Positions 12,743 through 22,450 of a DNA stretch of 64,000 bases are shown here, in pieces; position 1 is the first letter of the stretch, and every line of letters starts with the position of its first letter. This DNA is from Mustelus asterias (lineage: Eukaryota). The notes below the pieces were generated by a model. That model was not told the DNA's origin. It made no database searches and was given only the letters and a program-made list of their open reading frames with translations. The stretch is taken from positions 1-64,000 of the forward strand of contig NW_027591321.1 in assembly GCF_964213995.1 (NCBI RefSeq). Direction: 5' to 3'. The position numbers were made by a program, and so were the translations under genes.

Positions 12743-12879
12743 TCTGAAGAAGGTCTACAGAAGCATGAACTCCCTGACCAAAGAGGAACGAGGAAGGTCG
12801 AAATCCAGAAACTGCTCCCGGGAAGGCAGTGCTGGGAAGTTACAAGCAGGCAGCCGAAATCGTGGCCGCAGCTCGTCAG
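12743..12879 (+). CDS. CCDC61: CCDC61 exon: LKKVYRSMNSL...SRNRGRSSS
   Basis: (CT)n + CAG acceptor; ends in RNRGRSSS like human NRSRNRSSS; weak donor CAG|GTTTCT; 137 nt keeps frame. Confidence 0.8.
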
Positions 12880-13595
12880 GTTTCTGATTTAATTTATTAT
12901 TGCCATACGTATTAGTATACAGTGAAAAGTCTTGTTTCTTGTGCACTATGCAGACAAAGCATACCGTTCATAGAGAGGGAAATGAGAGAGCGCAGAATGT
13001 AGTGTTACAGTCATAGCTCGGGTGTAGAGAAAGATCAACTTAATGCGAGGTAGGTCCATTCAAAAGTCTGACAGCAGCAGGGAAGAAGCTGTTCTCGAGT
13101 CGGTTGGTTCGTGACCTCAGACTTCTGTATCTTTTTCCCGACGGAAGAAGGTGGAAGAGAGAATGTCCGGGGTGGATCCTGCAAAGCAGATGGGTGTTGG
13201 TCACACTTGGGGATGAGCCTGCGATCCGTGCCCTGGGAAGATTTTCCTATTTAACCAAATTTGGGAGGGTTGAATTGATCAGAATTTGTTTAAAAAGGCA
13301 AAGGGGCTATCCTAAATAGGAAAGGAAGACAGTCTTGAGGTCTACAAGGAAATAATCCTTGGGATATACGGTGGCACAGTGCGGCATATATAGGGCAGCA
13401 CGGTGGCACAGTGGTTAGCACTGTTGCCTCAGCGTCAGTGTCCCAGGTTCAATTCCGGCCTCGGGTGTGTAATTTCGTGGAGTCTCCACATTCTCCCCCG
13501 TGTCTGCGTGGGTTTCCTCCGGGTGCTCTGGTTTCCTCCCACACTCCAAAGATGTGCTGGTTAGGTGGAATGGCCGTGCTAAATTGCCCCTTAGT

Positions 13596-14088
13596 ACATA
13601 GAACATAGAACAGTACAGCAGAGAACAGGCCCTTCGGCCCACAATGTTGTGCCGAGCTTTATCTGAAACCAAGATCAAGCTATCCCACTCCCCATCATCC
13701 TGGTGTGCTCCATGTGCCTATCCAATAACCGCTTAAATGTTCCTAAAGTGTCTGACTCCACTATCACTGCAGGCAGTCCATTCCACACCCCAACCACTCT
13801 CTGCGTAAAGAACCTACCTCTGATATCCTTCCTATATCTCCCACCACGAACCCTATAGTTATGCCCCCTTGTAATAGCTCCATCCACCCGAGGAAATAGT
13901 CTTTGAACGTTCACTCTATCTATCCCCTTCATCATTTTATAAACCTCTATTAAGTCTCCCCTCAGCCTCCTCCGCTCCAGAGAGAACAGCCCTAGCTCCC
14001 TCAACCTTTCCTCATAAGACCTACCCTCCAAACCAGGCAGCATCCTGGTAAATCTCCTCTGCACTCTTTCCAGCGCTTCCACATCCTT
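13596..14088 (-). mobile_element. Young CR1 LINE 3' end inserted in an HE1 SINE
   Basis: Uninterrupted 135-aa ORF2 C-terminus; (CTATGTT)n tail; SINE resumes on both sides. Confidence 0.9.
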
Positions 14089-14457
14089 CTAGTGTCCCAA
14101 AACGTGCAGGTTAGTTGGATTAACGGTAAAAAAGTGGAGTTACGAGGATCAGGCCTGGGTGGGATGATCTGTCAGAGAGTCGGTGCAGACTCGATGGGCT
14201 GAATGGCCTTCTGCACTGTAGGGATTCTATTCTTCTATGACTTGTGAAGGGGCGATAGGTTAGGCGGGATGCAGATTCGAGCTTACCATTAGATCAGCCG
14301 TGATCTTATTAAATGGCAGAGCAGGCTCGAGGGGCTGAATGGCCTCCTCCGGCTCCTCGCTCGTAAGGGAGTTCTCCCTGCGGCCTCTGTCAGGTTAAGG
14401 GTCGGTTTCTCCCGCGTCCGTCGTGCTGCCGCTCACCTTGTTTCATCTCTTCCACAG

Positions 14458-14536
14458 CGGAGTTTCACCGGAGCAGATTCTCCTCCGCGAGTTCGGTCAG
14501 CGATTTGGAGGACAGCAGAGGACGTACTGAATCCAG
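14458..14536 (+). CDS. CCDC61: CCDC61 exon: EFHRSRFSSASSVSDLEDSRGRTES
   Basis: Resembles human RSRCSSASSCSDLED; ccacag acceptor, AG|GTAGAC donor. Confidence 0.9.
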
Positions 14537-15642
14537 GTAGACATTGAACACACAGTGCGCAGAGTTCCCACTGCCTGTGGTCAGTGGATTGGGTTTAATA
14601 TTGTCTGATGTGAGACTTCTAAATTCATCCAAAGTTGTTTCCAGCGGCAGCGACCACCATAACAGAAATAGGAACAGGAGTGGACCATTCGGCCCCTCTA
14701 TATAAGGTGGATAAGGATAGACTCTTTCCACTAGTTGAAGGTTCTGGAATCAGGGGCCTTAATCTAAAAAAAATAGGGCCCAGCCACTCGGGAGCGATTT
14801 TAGAAAACATTTCTACACGCAGAGTGCGGGGGAGGTTTGGAACACACTTCCTCAAACTTCATTGCAGTGTTAATGTAAGCCTAGCACTGCTGCCTCACAG
14901 TGTCAGGGTTCGATTCCCGGCCTCGGGTCACTGTCTGTGCGGAATCTGCACGTTCTCCCCGTGCCTGCGTGGGTTTCCTCCGGTTTGCTCCCACACTCCA
15001 AAGACGTTGGGTGGATTGGCCGTGCTAAATTGCCCGTCATTGGACTAGCAAGGTAAATATGTGGGGTTACCGGGGTAGGGCTTGGGTGGGATTGTTGTTG
15101 GTGCAAGCTCGATGGGCCAAATGGCCCCCCTGTGCACTGTATGGATTCTATGGTTCAAAGACTCGATGGGCTGAATATCTTCCTCCTGTGCTGTCTGGAT
15201 TCTGTGATTCAATGGCTCGATGGGCCGAATGGCCTACACTGTCGAAGGAGGCCATTCGGCATCTAAGAAATGGTGAGAGTCGCAGAGGATATGACAAATT
15301 TCCTTAGCCCCCTGAGAAAATAGAGACATTGGTGAGCTTTCTTAACTATAGCATCGCCGTGGAGGGACCAGGACAGGTTGTTGGTGGTCTGGACAGCTGG
15401 AAACTTGTGTGTATGATTCTAGGTGGCCTGTTCTAAGTTCTCGGTTTGTGTAGTTAGCTGGCTTGTCCAGATCCGTTTGACCGCTGGGTACACTTCAAGA
15501 TGCACACTGTACAGACCCGAAAGGTGGCAGACTTAGTCGCTGAGTCTTGTTGAGGGTTTGCTGAGTTCTGATGAGTTTAAAATAAACATTTTTTTTAAAC
15601 CCACCATCTCCTTCCTTCCTTCCTTCCGCCTTCCCGCAGCAG

Positions 15643-15706
15643 ATTGCAGAGGAGCAGAAAACCCAAGCGGCCATTGGGATTGGCTTCCTGGAGCAGTCCG
15701 AACTTG
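15643..15706 (+). CDS. CCDC61: CCDC61 exon: LQRSRKPKRPLGLASWSSPNL (alternative start 15640 via CAGCAG)
   Basis: Long pyrimidine tract, tandem CAGCAG acceptor, GTAAGT donor; phase 2 to 0 fits neighbours; WS.SN-like motif as in human. Confidence 0.8.
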
Positions 15707-15894
15707 GTAAGTAGATCCCTGATCCACGGGGAAACTGAATCCCCACCAGTCACGTTCCTGATTCGTCCGATTTTTAGTTCAAAGCCTCTGACCGCACCCT
15801 TAATTTGGCGCCTTCCGCGATCTCGGGACGTCCCAAAGCTCTTCACAACCTATCGGGTTCCTTTGAGATACAGTCGTGATTTTAACGTGAGAAT

Positions 15895-16725
15895 CGGGGT
15901 CCATTTTGTGCCCCGGATCTAAGGAAGGATGTGCCGGCCTTGGGGGAGGGTACCAGAGGAGGTTCGCGAGAATGATCCCGGGAAACAAAGGCTTGACGTA
16001 TGAGGAGAGTTTGAGGACTCTGGGTCTGTACTCGATGGAGTTTAGAAGGATGAGGTGGCACAGTGGTTCGCGCTGCTGCCATTCAGCACCAGGGACCCGG
16101 ATTCGATTCCTGCCTTGGGTCACTGTCTGCGTGGAGTCTGCACGTTCTCCCCGTTTCCTCCGGGTGCTCCGGTTTCCTCCCACAGTCCAAAGATGTGCAG
16201 GTTAGGTGGATTGGCCGTGCTAAATTGCCCCTTAAGTGTCAGGGAGATTATCAGGGTAAATACATGGGGTTATGGGGATACAGCTTGGAGGGGGATTGTT
16301 GTCAGTGCAGGCTCGATGGGCTGAATGGCCTCCTTCTGCACTGTGTAGGGATTCTGTTCTATGAGGAGGGATCTCATTGAAGCTTCCAGAAGACTGAGAG
16401 GCCTGTATAGAATCGACGTGGGGAAGATGTTTCCATTAGTTGGAGAGACTTAGATCTGAGGGCACAGCCTCAGAGTGAAGGGACGACCCTTTAGAACCGA
16501 GATGAGGAGGAATTTCTTCAGCCAGAGGGTGGTGAACCTGTGGAATTCATTGTCACAGAGGAGGCCGGGTCATTGAGACAGAGATAGATAGGTTCTTGAT
16601 TGGTAAGGGGGTCAAAGGTTATGGGGAAAAGGCAGGAGAATGGGGTTGAGAAACAGATCAGCCATGGCGGAGCAGACTCGATGGGCCGAATGGCCTAATT
16701 CTGCTCCTATATCTTACGGTCTTAT
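15895..16725 (+). mobile_element. CR1 LINE 3' fragment with nested HE1 SINE (about 16055-16362)
   Basis: QRRFARMIPG..GLTYEE.LRTLGLYSMEFRRM, then SINE, then CR1 continues to its tail. Confidence 0.85.
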
Positions 16726-17124
16726 GGGGTGACCAATGTTCTCGCAGCAAGATCCCACAAACAGCAACGCGGTGATGACCGGGTAATTTATTCTCTCATG
16801 ATGTTGATGGAGGCTTGGCCTGGTGCTGATCGACCGTGAGAGGCATAGCTGTAACTTCTACGTCCATCTCTCCTGATGTTCGATTTCCCCATCTCTAAAC
16901 TCGATAGGGCGTGGAATGATTGGGAACGCCAGCCTGAAGGGGCGGTAGGTTCGGGAGTTATGTTCGAAGGGGAACTGTCGAACGGAATGAACTTGCTGAC
17001 CACTTTGAAAGGGCAGGGAAATGGGTCTGCTTGGATAGTTCTAGAACCGGGAAGATGGGCCGAATGGGCCTTCTGTGCTGTGTGATCCTATGAAATCTGA
17101 GCCTCCTCGTTCTGTCTCTCCCAG

Positions 17125-17194
17125 CCTCAGAGGAAGCCAAAACAGAAGAAGCGTTTAGCCAGCACCCCGACTAAAAACAAAGCGTCTGACAAAG
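17125..17194 (+). CDS. CCDC61: CCDC61 exon: PQRKPKQKKRLASTPTKNKASDK
   Basis: tctctcccag acceptor, G|GTAAGC donor; 70 nt gives phase 0 to 1 as required. Confidence 0.8.
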
Positions 17195-18039
17195 GTAAGC
17201 ACACGGCACTGTGTTGTAGAATTAAATAGTTCCTTCACTGAACAGCAGCGGCAGTGTATTTATAGAGCACTCTTGATGTCATTAAACATTCCGAAGGTGC
17301 TTCACAGGAGCATTATGAGCCAAGTCGCCAGATTGATTCCAGGCGGCACGGTGGTTAGCACGGCTGCCTCACAGCGCCAGGGACCCGGGTTCGATTCCCG
17401 GCCTCGGGTCACTGTCTGTGTGGAGTTTGCACATTCTCCCCGTGTCTGCATGGGTTTCCTCCGGTTTGATTTGATTTATTATTGTCCCATGTATTAGTAC
17501 ACAGTGAAAAGTATTGTTTCTTGCGCGCTATGCAGACAAAGCATACCGTTCATAGAGAAGGAAAGGAGAGAGTGCAGAATGTAGTGTTACAGTCATAGCT
17601 AGGGTGTAGAGAAAGATCAACTTAGTGCGAGGTAGGTCCATTCAAAAGTCTGACGGCAGCAGGGAAGAAGCTGTTCTTGAGTCGGTTGGTACGTGACCTC
17701 AGACTTTTGTATCATCTTCCCGGTGGAAGAGAGAATGTCCGGGGTGCGTGGAGTCCTTAATTATGCTGGCTGCTTTGCCACGGCTGCGGGAAGAGTAGTT
17801 TGAGTCAATGGATAGGAGGCTGGTTTGTGTGATGGACTACAGTCCAAAGAAGTGCAGGTGAGGTGGATTGGCCATGTTAAATGCGCCCTTTTACGGGGAT
17901 AGGCCAGGTGTGTGGCCTGGGTAAGATGCTCTCGTCTGTGCGGACCCGATGGGCTGAATGGCCTCTTTCTGCACTGTAGAGATTGTGTGTCTCTGTGGAT
18001 GAAGGGTTTGTCTCACCCCCACTGCTGGGTGTGAGATAC

Positions 18040-18784
18040 TGTGACAATGAGAAATGTATTTTTATCATGTTTCTTGTGAGGGGTATGTTTTAAAATTCAG
18101 CTCTGGTTTACACGGTGCCAGTCTGTCTGGGCAGCAGGCAGCTCTCATGCTGAGAATGCAGGCTAATGATTGCTTTTAGCCCGGGATGTGTTTGTGTTAA
18201 TCCGGGTTAATGCATTTTTGTTTATTTGGGTTTCCCCCTGGGGTTTCGGAGTAGGGTTTTGATTAGGTTGATTGACAGCGACAGTCACGTACTTAAGAGG
18301 AGAAGCTAAGCTTACAGGGAAAAGCACACAGTTTCTGCCTGGTTTTGAAAGAAGCAAGAGGTCGGTCTCTCTCTCTGGAGGCTACTGTTTGGAGCTGTCA
18401 AAAGACAGGTGTCTCCCTGTCTCTCTCTCTCTCTCCGGAAGTGTTCAAAATGTTCTAGGGGTGATAACAAGTACAAACACGTAAACCTGGATGTTTTGTA
18501 ACTGATTTTGAAGAGGGGTTTTAAGTCTGTAAGAGGAATATTGCTTGGATTGGAACTTGGGGATAGGTTAGCAGTTAAGAGCTGCATCTTGTTAAGTGTT
18601 AAGCTGATTAATATGTTAAACTGTAACGTTAAATAAAGTTTGTTTTGATAAAAACTTTCTAATCTGTCAATAGAATCACACCTGGAGTGAAATATTATAT
18701 CCTCACAATGCCAAAATAGCAAATAGCTGGGGTCTAGTCTAACTTCATAATATACCTTGGGGTTTCTGATCTCGTACCCTAACA
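18040..18784 (+). mobile_element. Solo LTR (745 bp), Gypsy-like
   Basis: TGTGACA...CTAACA termini; 4-bp TSD ATAC (18036-18039 and 18785-18788); AATAAA 18632-18637. Confidence 0.8.
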
Positions 18785-18943
18785 ATACCCCTCAGAGGGA
18801 ACAAGGGGTTGTTGTCAGCTGTGCCGATCTGGTGCAGAGCAGGAGAGGAGAGAAGGTATTCATGTGTTTAGTGCAACTCTGATAGCAAATTGGATTTCCA
18901 AATGATCTAAAAATGCACGACAAACTTTCTTCCCTCTCTCCAG

Positions 18944-19038
18944 AAAATTACTTGGACTCGTGTGACCTTTCCGAAATCGATGCCAGGCTCAACGCGTTGC
19001 AGGAATACATGGAGAAGCTTGGCGCCCGGGCCGAGTGA
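18944..19038 (+). CDS. CCDC61: CCDC61 last coding exon: ENYLDSCDLSEIDARLNALQEYMEKLGARAE*
   Basis: C-terminal EIDARL.ALQEYM motif; ctccag acceptor; TGA at 19036-19038. Confidence 0.95.
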
Positions 19039-19666
19039 GCTGGGCAGAAAACCCTTCACTCGGGGAGGGGAGGAGGTACGACCGTGTGGGCGTCGACACA
19101 GAACCTGCCCTCAGCGATCCGCCTGGCCCGGGTCTTAAATCAGCAAAGCTCTACGCAGACCAAACAAGGCTTCCTTCTCTCGAACTGGAGGGAAGATCTT
19201 TGCTGCTTTATTTGTTTACTTGTAAATAGGAATTTTTTTTAAAATCGGTTTAAAATTGGTGGACATTTTAGATCCTGTGTCGCCTTCACGTGACTGTTGC
19301 ACTATTAGACAAGCCAAGGGTGCGTACAGTTACTGACTGTGACTCGATCTAAACACAGACACAGATTGTCGGGAGCGGGCGTGGGTAGAGTGTGACCCAT
19401 ATCTAGGTAGTTGGGAGAGCAGAGCCCATGGCTGGTGAAAACCGCTTCCCAGTGCTTTTTGCATTAATACAGACTGTGATTCTTCCCCATGTGCTGTGTT
19501 CTATACAATATCACAAGAGCTGTCTGTGAAATGATCGAGTGCTTGATTCCCTGGGGTCCCACATCACAGGCGTTCAAACCTTTCAGGGAAGGAGGCGCAC
19601 AAAACTGTCCACTCAATGAAATGTTGCAAAAGAAAAGGGTCATTCAGCCCCTTGCTACTATCCCAC

Positions 19667-19965
19667 CACGGTGGCACAGTGGGTTAGCACTGCTGCCTCA
19701 CAGCGTCAGGGACCCGGGTTCGATTCCGGCACTCGTGTGACAGTCTGTGCAGAGTTTGCACGTTCTCCCCGTGTCTGCGTGGGTTTCCTCCGGGTGCTCC
19801 GGTTTCCTCCCACAGTCCGAAAGACGTGCTGGTTGGGTGCATTGGCCATGCTAAATTCTCCCTCAGTGTACCCGAACAGGCGCCAGAGTGTGGCGACTGG
19901 GGGATTTTCACAGTAACTTCATTGCAGTGTTAATGTAAGCCTACTTTTCCTTATAAATAAACTAA
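19667..19965 (+). mobile_element. HE1-like SINE with alternative 3' tail (TTTTCACAGTAACTTCATTGCAGTGTTAATGTAAGCCTACTT...)
   Basis: Same head, different 3' third. Copies at about 1880-2157, 5932-6228, 10295-10572, 11225-11500, 23863-24118, 36455-36720, 39710-40000, 56700-57010, 57964-58240, 60490-60790. Confidence 0.82.
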
Positions 19966-20393
19966 ACCATTCATTGAGATTGTAACTGATCTCTAATCAA
20001 ACTCCATATCCCTGTTTTTGCCCCATATCCGTTAACCTTTGGTTAACAAAAATAAGCGTCTTTGGTTTAAGATTAACAATTGATTAAGTCACATCAGTTG
20101 TGGAAGAGTTCCAAACCTCTGCCAACCATTACTGCTCCCTCTGCCAGTTTGTTCCTTCACATCTTTTGTCATTTAATTTTTTAATTTCAGCCCATCCCAG
20201 ACCTTCCATTTTGTTCTGCTTCCCCGGTGTTTAAAGTTTATTTATTAGTCACAAGGCTTGCATTAACACTGCAATGAAGTTACTGTGAAATTCTTCTAGT
20301 TGCCACAGCCCGGCAGCTGTTCGGGTCAAGGCGCCCTAACCAGCACGTCTTTCAGAATGTGGGAGGAAACCCACGCAAACATGGGGAGAACAT

Positions 20394-20733
20394 GGGCGGC
20401 ACGGTAGCACAGTGGTTAGCACTGCTGCTTCACTGCTCCAGGGTCCCGGGTTCGATTCCCGGCTCGGGTCACTGTCTGTGTGGAGTTAGCGCATTCTCCT
20501 CGTGTCTGCGTGGGTTTCCTCCGGGTGCTCCGGTTTCCTCCCACAGTCCAAAGATGTGCGGGTCAGGTTGAGTGGCCAGGTTAAAAATTGCCCCTTAGAA
20601 TCCTGAGATGCGTAGGTTAGAGGGATTAGCGGGTAAATATGTGGGGGTAGGGCCTGGGTGGGACTGTGGTCGGTGCAGACTCGATGGGCCGAATGGCCTC
20701 CTTCTGCACTGTAGGGTTTCTATGATTCTATGA
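20394..20733 (+). mobile_element. Full-length HE1-type V-SINE with CR1-type tail, nested in an opposite-strand SINE
   Basis: tRNA-like head (A box TAGCACAGTGG, B box GGTTCGATTCC), central domain, GGCCGAATGGCC stem-loop, (CTATGATT)n tail; GAACATG repeated at both ends. Similar copies at about 6865-7165, 26958-27292, 32764-33090, 38838-39155, 44801-45078, 46880-47211, 47811-48140, 48237-48575. Confidence 0.85.
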
Positions 20734-20884
20734 ACATGCAAACTCCACACAAACAGTGACCCAAGCCGGGAATCAAACCCGGGGTCCCTGGCGCTGAGAA
20801 GCAGCAGTGCTAACCCACTGTGCTACCGTGCCGCCCAGCGTCCCCCTTTAACCATGCAAAACCCTTCACTTTGCTCCCCCTCCA

Positions 20885-20995
20885 CTTCAGCTCCAAAGAA
20901 GTCATTGGGCCTGAAATATTAACTCTTGTTACTCTCTCTCCGCAGATGCTGCCAGACCTGCTGAATTTTTTCCAGCACTTTCTGTTTTGATTTCG
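20885..20995 (+). mobile_element. Degenerate retroelement terminus, probably Penelope-like (family C)
   Basis: ...GAAATATTAACTC...CTCTCCGCAGATGCTGCCAGACCTGCTGAATTTTTTCCAGCACTTTCTGTTTT, a terminus I recognise as a common shark repeat. Confidence 0.45.
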
Positions 20996-21371
20996 GCAGA
21001 AGTATTTCCCAATTGCATTGCTGGGGTCTGGAGCTGATACCTTTATTGCAAAACCGAAGGCAAGATGATAGTGTGACAATAATAGACTTTGCATCCCCAA
21101 TAAATTATCTTCGAGGCCATTATGGATGAAGACCCATTTGGCCAGAAGGATTGCATTGTCCTTATTTTAGCATCCAATTATTTTTGGAATGTTCCCAGAT
21201 ATTTCCCCCCTGTCTCCGCTCCATATCTGGGAGTTCATTCCCTAATATCACGCCAAAATTAACCTTTTATCAATTTCCGCCAGTGGCTCTGCTAATGTTG
21301 TAGCAAATTAAGGACTATTTGATATTTACCTTTTTTCTATTCCCTTTAACTTTTGCGTCCACTCAAAACCT

Positions 21372-22090
21372 TTTTGATTTATTATTTTCACATGTATTAG
21401 CATACAGTGAAAAGTATTGTTTCTTGCGCGCTATACAGACAAAGCATACCGTTCATAGAGAAGGAAAGGAGAGGGTGCAGAATGTAGTGTTACAGTCATA
21501 GCTAGGGTGTAGAGAAAGATCAACTTAATGCGAGGTAGGTCCATTCAAAAGCCTGACGGCAGCAGGGAAGAAGCTGTTCTTGAGTCGGTTGGTGCGTGAC
21601 CTCAGACTTTTGTATCTTTTTCCCGACGGGAGAAGGTGGGGAGAGAGAATGTGCGTGGGGCCCTTAATTATGCTGACTGCTTTGCCGAGGTAGCGGGAAG
21701 TGTAGACAGAGTCAATGGACGGGAGGCTGGTTTGCGTGATGGATTGGGCTACATTCACAACCCTTTGTAGTTCCTTGCGGTCTTGAGCAGAGCAGGAGCC
21801 CCATACCAAGCTGTGATACAACCAGAAAGAATGCTTTCTATGGTGCATCTGTAAAAGTTGGTGAGAGTCGTAGCTGACATGCCAAATTTCCTTAGTCTTC
21901 TGAGAAAGTAGAGGTGTTGGTGGGCTTTCTGAACTATAGTGTCGGCATGGAGGGACCAGGAGAGGTTGTTGGTGATCTGGACACCTAAAAACTTGAAGCT
22001 CTTGACCCTTTCTACTTTGTCCCCGTTGATACAGACAGGAGCATGTTCTCCACTACGCCCCCTGCAGTCGATGACAATCTCCTTCATTTT
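21372..22090 (-). mobile_element. Rex1/Babar-like LINE 3' fragment
   Basis: KEIVID.R...VERVKSFKFLGVQITNNLSWS...LYFLRRLRKFG...FYRCTIESIL..CIT.WYG; (TCAAA)n-like tail. Shorter copies at about 12886-13175, 15305-15405, 17465-17835, 36033-36240, 39246-39700, 48720-48925 (KFADDTTVVG), 54763-55250. Confidence 0.8.
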
Positions 22091-22218
22091 GACCTTCCAG
22101 TCAACCCAGACCTTTAAGGATCAGCTACATGTCTATCCTCTGGGCTGCCTCCAACTCTGGGAAATAGGAACAGGTGTAGACCATTCGGCCCATCGACCCT
22201 GCTGTGCCATTTAATACG

Positions 22219-22450
22219 GTAAGAAGTCTCACAAGACCAGGTTAAAGTCCAACAAGTTTATTTGGTAGCACAAGCTTTCGAAGCGTTGCTCCCTCTTCAG
22301 GTGAGTGAAGTGTGAAGACAACTCTTCACTCACCTGAAGAAGGAGCAACGCTCCGAAAGCTCGTGCTACCAAATAAACCTGTTGGACTTTAACCTGGTGT
22401 TGTGAGACTTATTACTGCGCCCACCCCAGTCCAACGCCAGCATCTCCACA
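22219..22450. mobile_element. Penelope-like palindromic insert (inverted terminus + tail) with hammerhead motif, family A
   Basis: Inverted arms of about 90 bp; 12-bp TSD CCATTTAATACG (22207-22218, 22451-22462); CAC-CTGAAGA-A-GGAGC-aac-GCTCC-GAAA-GCT-C-GTG at 22331-22365. Confidence 0.8.

Noticed and set aside
22219-22450. DNA-transposon MITE or miRNA hairpin reading of the palindromes
   Set aside because: Variable 11-15 bp TSDs, variable centres, asymmetric tail and hammerhead motif fit a Penelope-like retroelement better
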